DNA of 64,000 nt from an uncultured Acidimicrobiia bacterium (GTDB lineage: Bacteria; Actinomycetota; Acidimicrobiia; Spongiisociales; JAENVV01): contig CAVVWO010000007.1 in the NCBI GenBank assembly GCA_963752075.1, positions 137,984 through 201,983 on the forward strand, in the 5' to 3' direction. A model generated the notes under the pieces. The model saw only the letters and a program-made list of their open reading frames with translations. It was not told where the DNA came from and made no database searches. Shown here piece by piece: positions 1 to 7,310 of the stretch. A program made the position numbers and the translations under genes. The number at the start of each line of letters is the position of its first letter. Position 1 is the first letter of the stretch.

Positions 1-1
1 G

Positions 2-958
2 CCGGCAGCACTGCCGGTCAACGTAACTGTTGACGACGCAAGGCCGGAGGTTTCGGCGCAGCTCGAGATCATCCCGACGCCGGTCACCGGAACCATCTCA
101 GTGGTGACCGGGACGACGGATAAACCGAGTATCGAGCCGTTGCCGGGACTCGATATCCTCTACGACCCAACCCCCGCTAACCCGGACGACGAGACCCTCA
201 CGTTGGGTACCACTGATGCTGTCGGCGGGTTCGCGATCGAGGTACCTGCGACGCCAGGGATCCACTCGCTCACCCTCGACGGAGAGTTCCTGGTGCCCGC
301 CATCGAGCTGGCGATCGAGCCCGGAACCTCGATCGACGCGGAAGAAACAACGTTGATTCGGCTCTTCACGGTGACGGGATCGCTCGTCGATCAGTTTCGG
401 CGGGCCCTGGTTGATGCTCTCGACACATTCAATCCACCCCTCTCAGGTGATGTCACGGTGACCATCACCCAGTTCATGCCTGCAGATAACCTATTCTCGA
501 TCGACACCACCGACCCGGACTACCAATTCAGCTTTCCGATCGATGAGGAGCTATCCCTGCCGGGCCTACCAGGACCGGCGAAATACCGGTTCAGGGTGAC
601 TTTGCCGGCTACGAGTTCCCAGTTGACGCGCACTGTTACCACCGATGAGATCGACGTGCCTACCAACACGAAGACCGGAGATATCGAATTCAAGTTTGCT
701 TCGGGAGTGCTGTGGGGGACTTTGACCGCACAAGGTGCGCCGCTCGCCAACACCGTCGTGGACCTCAGCGAGGTGCCGGCCAGCGGAAACATGAGCGTTG
801 TCGAGAGCGCGAAAACCGATCTGTCCGGTCAGGTCGTGTTTGGACCGCTGGCCACGCCGGCAACCGATTTCCGTGTGATCGTGCCGACCACGGCGGTGAC
901 CTGCACCCCCGACATCGACGTCACATCCTCGTTCTACTTCAGTCTGACGTGTGACTAG
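2..958 (+). CDS. 3' part of a large secreted/surface protein with CarboxypepD_reg-like beta-sandwich repeats (5' end outside window)
   Basis: The frame is open from the first bases of the window to TAG at 956-958. The C-terminal segment GVLWGTLTAQGAPLANTVVDLSEV...AKTDLSGQVVFGPL resembles carboxypeptidase-regulatory-like domains, and the T/P/D-rich composition is typical of surface proteins. Confidence 0.45.
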   Translation, partial: PAALPVNVTVDDARPEVSAQLEIIPTPVTGTISVVTGTTDKPSIEPLPGLDILYDPTPANPDDETLTLGTTDAVGGFAIEVPATPGIHSLTLDGEFLVPAIELAIEPGTSIDAEETTLIRLFTVTGSLVDQFRRALVDALDTFNPPLSGDVTVTITQFMPADNLFSIDTTDPDYQFSFPIDEELSLPGLPGPAKYRFRVTLPATSSQLTRTVTTDEIDVPTNTKTGDIEFKFASGVLWGTLTAQGAPLANTVVDLSEVPASGNMSVVESAKTDLSGQVVFGPLATPATDFRVIVPTTAVTCTPDIDVTSSFYFSLTCD

Positions 959-1224
959 GGGCGTTGTTTCGATTGGCTGACGCCTCGGTGGAAGTGCGGC
1001 TCGATTCGGAACAGTTCGGAGATGCTCACAGGTGGGCCCGTTGGCCCGGTCGCTCGCATCGCGATCGTCACTGGGCGGACGCTGGTGTCCTCAGCGATGT
1101 CCGGCCTCGGAATCGTTAGCCAGGTAGATCCCCGGCTCCGAGGGCCCACTGGTCAGAGCCCAGGTGCTGGCGGTGTAATCAAGAACCCTATGTGGCGCCT
1201 GCGAGTAGTCCCGGTTCGGCCGGT

Positions 1225-1692
1225 TCATCGGGACATGAGGAGCACCACGACCAACACGATCACCAGCAGCACGACGGCCATGGTGAGACCGATGACCCAA
1301 CCCGTCAGATCTCGTGGCATTTCGTCGTCGAGTTCCTCGTCGAATATCGGGGTGGAGCCGTCAGAGCTCTCATCGGTCGAAGTCGGTGGGTCCGGTGGCG
1401 GATTGTGTAGGTTCTTTCCGCATCGCAAGCAGAGGATGGCCTTTTCCCCGTCTGGATTCAGTTCGTGGCAGAACCAGCATTCCAGGGCGTTCAAGTCCGT
1501 CCGTCCGGCGGCGCCCGGTGATCTGCGGTCGGATCCGAAGCCGGCGTCGATGCCAATCATGGCGCGAGCCGGCGACTCTTCCGCAACAAAGAACATCGGG
1601 TAGTCGCAAACGGGACAATACGAGGTGACGTGGGGAGACAACTCGACGAACTCCGTGCGTGTCTTGCATCGAGGACATTGCAGTTCAGGCAT
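1225..1692 (-). CDS. Tail-anchored double zinc-ribbon protein, last gene of the CIS structural operon
   Basis: ATG at 1692 overlaps the upstream stop by 8 nt (ATGCCTGA). There are two Cys pairs sets (CPRC...CPVC and CWFC...CLRC), an acidic linker and a C-terminal hydrophobic helix WVIGLTMAVVLLVIVLVVVLL. The longer 254-aa ORF call is an N-terminal extension overlapping the upstream gene. Confidence 0.6.
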   Translation of the reverse strand: MPELQCPRCKTRTEFVELSPHVTSYCPVCDYPMFFVAEESPARAMIGIDAGFGSDRRSPGAAGRTDLNALECWFCHELNPDGEKAILCLRCGKNLHNPPPDPPTSTDESSDGSTPIFDEELDDEMPRDLTGWVIGLTMAVVLLVIVLVVVLLMSR

Positions 1693-2476
1693 GAGTGACC
1701 TCGGCGGATGAGGATCTGGCTTCGTCTCCGATGATGAAGCGGTAGGGGAGCCAGGCGGGCAGAGCCGACTCGACCAGAGCGCTGAGCCGAGATTTGGGGA
1801 CGCCTCCGAGCGTCTGCAGTGTGATCGTCGCCACCGCTGGTCGCAACGGCTCGTTCGGCCCCTCGGCGGCTCTCTCCGCATTGAGGTCAGGCCCGCGCTC
1901 CACTCCTCCTGGTTCGGCCACTTGGCATGAGCCGCCAGTTGCGGCTGCCAGCAGCGCCTCCAACTCGTGGACCGTGCCGCGCGCTCCAAAATTCCGCATG
2001 GCGGTCACCGCCAGTGCCCGGCACCTGCGGTCGGGTAGCGCTCCGTCGATCGTCAGTCCTATCCATCCGGCCATCCAACGAGAGATCTCTGGCCCCGCTA
2101 CGGATGGATCGAACATCCTGGGGAATTCGTCGGCGAAGTCGTACAGATGGGTTCCGATGTCTTCGAAACCGCGGACGAATGCCACCAGAAGCTCATCCTT
2201 AGCGAGGATGTTCGGGAGACGATCGACATATAGAGAGCGTGGGTGCTGCGCCTCCAACTCGACACGCGCCCCGATCGCGACCCACTTTCCCGGCTCTCGG
2301 GATCGAATCCAATAGCGGCGAATCTCTACATCGGCGGCCGGTACTTGAGCGACAACAAGCGCTTGCCCAGACCTGTCGCCACGTATTACGGGCCGGTATC
2401 CCTCCAATTCGAGCGTCTTGCGCGCATCGGTCGCGCGCATACCGATCACGTTGGGCACGTGTACGACCAGTGTCAT
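1685..2476 (-). CDS. Baseplate protein, phage tail protein I-like (Afp12-like) with N-terminal PASTA-like module
   Basis: The N-terminus VPNVIGMRATDARKTLELEGYRPVI...VVAQVPAADVEI...GARVELEA fits the PASTA consensus. It is followed by a TIGR02242/gpI-like region LYVDRLPNILAKDELLVAFVRGFEDIGTHLYDFADEFPRMFDP...RWMAGWIGL. An ATGA overlap joins it to the Baseplate_J gene at 2473-2476. Confidence 0.65.
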   Translation of the reverse strand: MTLVVHVPNVIGMRATDARKTLELEGYRPVIRGDRSGQALVVAQVPAADVEIRRYWIRSREPGKWVAIGARVELEAQHPRSLYVDRLPNILAKDELLVAFVRGFEDIGTHLYDFADEFPRMFDPSVAGPEISRWMAGWIGLTIDGALPDRRCRALAVTAMRNFGARGTVHELEALLAAATGGSCQVAEPGGVERGPDLNAERAAEGPNEPLRPAVATITLQTLGGVPKSRLSALVESALPAWLPYRFIIGDEARSSSAEVTHA

Positions 2477-4443
2477 TCCACAACCACCGAGTGTTTGAAC
2501 CCGAGGAAGAGATGGTCCTCCTCCAGCTTGAATCCGGCTTGGGGCTCGGCGGTCTCTTGCGGCTTGGCCTCTGATTCAGCTGCGACTTCTATCGGGAGGC
2601 GTCTCTCCCTTTTCAAGTCAGCTCCGAAGAGAACTACCTCGGGGACGGCGGCCACGCCATCGATCGTGGTCAACAGATGGCGGACATTCCTCTCGGAGAG
2701 AGTCCACCCGAAGGGAACGCCATCGCCGTCAGGTCCACCGAACGTGGGATGGGTGTAGCGGTAGAGGGCTCTCAAGCACCCCTGTTCGACCGTTTTGCGG
2801 TCGGCATTGGGAAGCCCGATCACCCGCGCCGCGATACTGACCCCCTGATAGAACGGAGTGCCGACCGAGACGCGGGTACCGACCAGCCTGCGCTCCTCCA
2901 AATAGTCGTGGACCGTCTGGTACACGTCGTCGATCACGAAGTCGTCGATGACATGGTTGATCGGGTCCCCATCCACGGTGGGTACGATCAACACCCTGAC
3001 GACGGGGAAACCGTCACGGCGCTCGATGCAATGAGCTCTCGCTACCCCGGGAGACGCCTCTTCGGCCAGGCGCGCATAGTCCCCGGCGGTCACCGCCCGC
3101 CGGCCAGATCGGAGGGTCATCGGCGCTCGGAGTCGCACGGCCTCGTCGGTTTCGGTGTCGTTGCCGCCGACTGCGGGGTCGAGGTTGGTCACGCCTTGCA
3201 CGAACGGCACACTGGTGCGCATCACTCGCAGCGTCTTGGCGCCAACGTTGCCCAGGATGCCGCCGCCGACCCGATAGGCGGTCACCATGATCTCGGCGCC
3301 TTTGTCTGGGATGTCACCCCGCTGACTCGTTCCGCCGTCTGGATGCCGAACCTGGGGCCCGAACTCGATCTCACCGGATGCGGCATGCCAGACCACGTGC
3401 TTGTCGTTCTCGTCCGAGTACCCGAAGTGCTCTTTCTCTTCCCAGTCTTCGGAGGAGTCTGCCGTCACCACCTGGATCGTCTCGCCGGACCAGCGAGGAG
3501 TCAGCACCGGCGCACGACTCAAGCTGAAGCGCTGACCCGGTGTCCCGTCGCTCACACCGAGGACTTCCGTTTCGACCGATTCGCCATGGAACGCTGACAC
3601 CAAGCCACCGATGGTCTCAGGTATGACGGTGTGAATTTCCGGTGATCGGCTGTAGTTGTTGGCAGTGTCTGCGTCGAACGTGAGTCGCAGCCAGTGCGCC
3701 TCGACCGTACCCAATGTCAGTGGAATATGTCCCGCCGGAAGTGCAAGCTCGATCTCGCCGGTGCGATTCAGTCCGCCGGTCCCGTCTGAGATCAATCTGG
3801 CAGGTGCCCACCCGTCGCGGGTGTAGATGTGCCACGAGACGGGTGGCTCGTCCGGCTTGATCCCCCGCCCCAGGGTTTCCGCAGCGATGCGGAGCCTGAT
3901 CACGTGACGTGACAAGGGCTGGGCGAAACCCAGGTACATGGCAGCGTCCGTTTCGAGCGGATCGAAACACTTGATGGTTGTGTCAGCGAACTGAAGGCGG
4001 TCCCATTGGTTGGTGTATGCCCCATGCGCTGGTTGTGTCAAGCATGCCGCCAGCTCCGGAGGACGAAGCACCATTCGCTCGTTGGTCATGAAGACAATCT
4101 GTCCCGCGTCACCCGTCTGTGTGGCGACTTCGATTCGCTCTTCGAGGGTTGCCGCCTCTGCTTGCGGCGTGATGCGGAAGAAGAGATCGGTGTGGGCGGG
4201 GATCAACGGGTTCGGCTCGATTCCCACCAGGTTCAGGAACACCGAATAGAGGCGGTCCGGCACCCGGTTGAGCCGGTAGAGGGTCTGCTCGGTCATGTAG
4301 GCGAAAAGCTCCACGAGCGTAACACCGGGGTCGGAGAGGTTGTGGTTGGTCCACTCGGGGCAATGTAAGGCGATACGCCGCTTGGTCTCATCGACGATGT
4401 TCTGGAAGGTTCGATCGTCCAGATTTGGTACTCGCAGCGTCAT
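2473..4443 (-). CDS. Baseplate_J-like protein (T4 gp6 / P2 gpJ / Afp11-like)
   Basis: MTLRVPNLDDRTFQNIVDETKRRIALHCPEWTNHNLSDPGVTLVELFAYM is a typical eCIS Baseplate_J N-terminus. ATG 4443 forms ATGA with the gp25 stop. The first 51 codons of the 707-aa ORF call overlap gp25 and are rejected. Confidence 0.85.
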   Translation of the reverse strand: MTLRVPNLDDRTFQNIVDETKRRIALHCPEWTNHNLSDPGVTLVELFAYMTEQTLYRLNRVPDRLYSVFLNLVGIEPNPLIPAHTDLFFRITPQAEAATLEERIEVATQTGDAGQIVFMTNERMVLRPPELAACLTQPAHGAYTNQWDRLQFADTTIKCFDPLETDAAMYLGFAQPLSRHVIRLRIAAETLGRGIKPDEPPVSWHIYTRDGWAPARLISDGTGGLNRTGEIELALPAGHIPLTLGTVEAHWLRLTFDADTANNYSRSPEIHTVIPETIGGLVSAFHGESVETEVLGVSDGTPGQRFSLSRAPVLTPRWSGETIQVVTADSSEDWEEKEHFGYSDENDKHVVWHAASGEIEFGPQVRHPDGGTSQRGDIPDKGAEIMVTAYRVGGGILGNVGAKTLRVMRTSVPFVQGVTNLDPAVGGNDTETDEAVRLRAPMTLRSGRRAVTAGDYARLAEEASPGVARAHCIERRDGFPVVRVLIVPTVDGDPINHVIDDFVIDDVYQTVHDYLEERRLVGTRVSVGTPFYQGVSIAARVIGLPNADRKTVEQGCLRALYRYTHPTFGGPDGDGVPFGWTLSERNVRHLLTTIDGVAAVPEVVLFGADLKRERRLPIEVAAESEAKPQETAEPQAGFKLEEDHLFLGFKHSVVVE

Positions 4444-4856
4444 GTGCCCTCCTCTGGAATCACATAGAACGGAAAGACCAGATTCCTGGTATCGTTGGTG
4501 GTGCGGACTCGGAAGCCGACTTCGATTCGCACGGTGCTCGGGGAATCGGGGTCGACCGTGGCTTTCACGTCCTCTACCGCAATGCGTGGCTCCCACTCCG
4601 ACAGAGCGCTACGGACAGCGAAGCTCATGTCGGCAAGCGTCGCTGTATTGAGTGACTCGTAGAGCAAATCCCAGATTCGGCATCCGAATGTCGGTCGCAT
4701 GGGGCGCTCTCCCGGAGCGGTCATGATGATGATGCGGATCGACTCAGCGATGTCGGCATCACCGGTGGCAAGCGCAACACGGCCGTGAGCGTCGATCCGC
4801 ATGGGGAAGGCGAGGCCACGTCCGATGAAGTCGATGTTCTCAGGTCGGCTGGTCAA
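4440..4856 (-). CDS. GPW/gp25-like baseplate wedge protein (Afp9-like)
   Basis: GRGLAFPMRIDAHGRVA...IAESIRIIIMTAPGERPMRPTFGCRIWDLLYE matches the gp25 family signature. ATGA overlaps occur at both ends. Confidence 0.9.
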   Translation of the reverse strand: MTSRPENIDFIGRGLAFPMRIDAHGRVALATGDADIAESIRIIIMTAPGERPMRPTFGCRIWDLLYESLNTATLADMSFAVRSALSEWEPRIAVEDVKATVDPDSPSTVRIEVGFRVRTTNDTRNLVFPFYVIPEEGT

Positions 4857-6655
4857 TTGATCTGCACCATCCCTCCTTTGAGTTCGGCCGTAGCGCTTCC
4901 CTCGAGGGAGAGGGTTCCGGAGGCTTTGGCTTCAACGGACGCCCCTTTGATCCCAACCTTGGAGGTCCCGTCGGCAGAAACCTCGTTCCCCGTGATCTTC
5001 ACGTTCGAAGAGGCCTCGATGTTGACGTTTGCGCCTTCCAGCGACAGGTCACCCGTCGCCTTCAGGCTGATGTCGCCCTCCGCGGTGATGGCGATGTCTT
5101 GGGGAGTCTTGATAGACACTCCACCATCCTCGGTGATCTCGATGGTTCCCTTTTCGTCCGCGAGCGCGATCATGATGGTGTTGGTGGTGCCGTTCTCGTC
5201 GTCCTTCACTTCGATCCTGTGTCCCTTGCGGGTGTAGAGCGCACGCACCGCCACCTGGTCGTTGACCACCGAGGTGGCGTTGTCGAGCGGCGGAGCCTTG
5301 GTAGTGCTCCAGAGGCCACCGAGAATCACGGGCCGGAGAGGGTCGCCCTGCTCGAACCCCACGATTACCTCGTCGTCGATTTCCGGGAGTAGCTGCAATC
5401 CGTATCCCGATCCGGCGCCCGGCGCGGCGAGTCGCGCCCACGCCGACTCGTCGCTGTCAGATAGGGTCGGCAGCTTCACCTTGATACGAGCTGCCTGGTC
5501 TTCGTCGTTGATGGCCGTCACCGTCCCGACCATGAGTCCGGTGGCCGCCGACGGCGGGGGTGGCGACCCGAGCAAGGCGACGAGGTCCGAGGGGTTGATC
5601 CCCTCGCACACGAACCTCGTGGTGTATCCACCGTCACCGCCAACGATATGTTCGGTTTTGGTCACGGTGAAGTCGCCTGAGAGTTGCTTTCCCACCTTGG
5701 CGAGGGTGACACCTGCACCTGGTGCGAGAGACGGGTCTCCGTCTGCCGTGCCTTTGACGGTTACTTGAGAAGACATGGCGCGCCGTCCCAGCGACTTGGC
5801 CAGGGCGTCGGCGGCAACGCTGTCCGCCAGGGTGTGCGATTCGAATCGAGCTGATGGGCCGAAGTCGGCGGCTTTCGCTGCGACGTCAGTCGCTGCTGGA
5901 GCATCGCCGGCGAGCCCATTGGTCCGGTTGGCGCTCGCAGTCCAAGATCCGATGATGGCGGACTGACTATCCGGGTCCCACCCCCGCACGGCCACGTCGG
6001 AGACAGAGTCGCTGCTCGAAAGCCGGACCCGGAACGAAAGGAGATTCTCGCCCCAGGTCAACGCGGTCGACGTCGAGGGGACCGCCACGTCTTTGAAGAA
6101 CAGCTTCGATCCGCTGATCCACCATCGGTATCCGAGGAGGCGAGCCCGCTGACTGAGGAATTCGAAGTCCGATGAAGACTGGAGGACGTAGGAGTGCGTC
6201 GTGGGCGTGGTGTCGACGTCCGGAGTGAGTGAGTTTTCATTGGCGATCTTCGAGACGATGTCACTATCGGTCATCTCCGTAAAGGTCCGCACCTGAACCT
6301 TGCGTGCGAGGCGGTGTCCCTTGCCGAGCGCTGTGATCACGAGCTCGTGCGCCTCACCGCCTCCTGGCTCAATCGAGAGTCCGGTGATCTCGCCCGAGAA
6401 CACATCATGTTCGTTGGCCTCGTCGTCGGTGAGTGCGATCGACAGTTCCGAACTGATGGCGAGGTCGCCACTGTCCATGTGTTCGAACTCTGGGTCGTTG
6501 AAACGCATCTTGGCGACGTCGGGCAGATGAATCGACTGTTCGATGCGCAGGTCGACCATGTCCGTCAGGAGTTCGAGGGACAGCGCCTGGCCGTCGGTCT
6601 TGACCGTGCGAATGTCTACATGGGTGGTGTGATGGCTAAACACGTGAGACCTCAC
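4853..6655 (-). CDS. VgrG / gpD-like spike protein (Afp8-like)
   Basis: It has a gpD-like N-terminal half, the OB-fold motif IDDEVIVGFEQGDPLRPVILGGLWS and C-terminal beta-helix repeats (ISLKATGDLSLEGANVNIEASSNVKITG...). The start is GTG at 6655, or alternatively GTG at 6643. Confidence 0.85.
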   Translation of the reverse strand: MRSHVFSHHTTHVDIRTVKTDGQALSLELLTDMVDLRIEQSIHLPDVAKMRFNDPEFEHMDSGDLAISSELSIALTDDEANEHDVFSGEITGLSIEPGGGEAHELVITALGKGHRLARKVQVRTFTEMTDSDIVSKIANENSLTPDVDTTPTTHSYVLQSSSDFEFLSQRARLLGYRWWISGSKLFFKDVAVPSTSTALTWGENLLSFRVRLSSSDSVSDVAVRGWDPDSQSAIIGSWTASANRTNGLAGDAPAATDVAAKAADFGPSARFESHTLADSVAADALAKSLGRRAMSSQVTVKGTADGDPSLAPGAGVTLAKVGKQLSGDFTVTKTEHIVGGDGGYTTRFVCEGINPSDLVALLGSPPPPSAATGLMVGTVTAINDEDQAARIKVKLPTLSDSDESAWARLAAPGAGSGYGLQLLPEIDDEVIVGFEQGDPLRPVILGGLWSTTKAPPLDNATSVVNDQVAVRALYTRKGHRIEVKDDENGTTNTIMIALADEKGTIEITEDGGVSIKTPQDIAITAEGDISLKATGDLSLEGANVNIEASSNVKITGNEVSADGTSKVGIKGASVEAKASGTLSLEGSATAELKGGMVQIN

Positions 6656-7310
6656 CGTTCAGAGGCACCTTGATGGCGGTACCGGGTGGGATCTGGAGCG
6701 GGTCGTCGATGCGGTTGGCTTCGGCGATGGTCCTCCACTGGGTTGGGTCGCCGTAGTACTTGGTGGCCAGGGAGTCGAGACTCTCGCCCGTCTGGAAGAC
6801 GTGGACCCGGTGAGGATTGGGGGTACCGGAAGTGGGATTCTGGGGGAGCCAGGTGTCATCGTCCTCGGCCTGCTCGAGGCCCACTTTTGCCTTGGCCCGG
6901 AGCGGGACTCCATCGGCAGAGAAGTAGGTGTACGTGATCGAGACCTGCTTCACATAGGCTTCGAATGACTGAAACTCGCCCCAAGTGAATCGGACGGTGG
7001 GCGGCCGATGCACGGCAGAGCCTGGAGTTGGCAGGTTGTCATTGACCTCGGTGAGCCTCAGCAGCTGATCGGTGAATGTCGTGACGGTCTTTCCGGTATC
7101 GGTGGTGTCGAAGATGAGTTCGAGGTCGAGCGTCGATGATCCGCCTTTGGTGAACGCCATCTTGGGGGCGTTCACATACTTCGTGTCGGCGGCAACCCAG
7201 CTGACGGATTTCGCAAGACTGAATTGCTCGGGGTTGAACAGGCATTTGATGGTGTCTTTCGGCGCGATCTTCGAATTGGGTTCCAGAACGAGGGCCGCTT
7301 TCGTCACCAT
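6636..7310 (-). CDS. LysM-domain tube-initiator / baseplate hub protein (Afp7-like)
   Basis: A tube-like N-domain (CLFNPEQFSLAKSVSW...LDLELIFDT) is followed by a C-terminal LysM (HVFQTGESLDSLATKYYGDPTQWRTIAEANRIDDPLQIPPGTAIKVP). The junction with the upstream ORF is TGATG. Confidence 0.8.
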   Translation of the reverse strand: MVTKAALVLEPNSKIAPKDTIKCLFNPEQFSLAKSVSWVAADTKYVNAPKMAFTKGGSSTLDLELIFDTTDTGKTVTTFTDQLLRLTEVNDNLPTPGSAVHRPPTVRFTWGEFQSFEAYVKQVSITYTYFSADGVPLRAKAKVGLEQAEDDDTWLPQNPTSGTPNPHRVHVFQTGESLDSLATKYYGDPTQWRTIAEANRIDDPLQIPPGTAIKVPLNGEVSRV

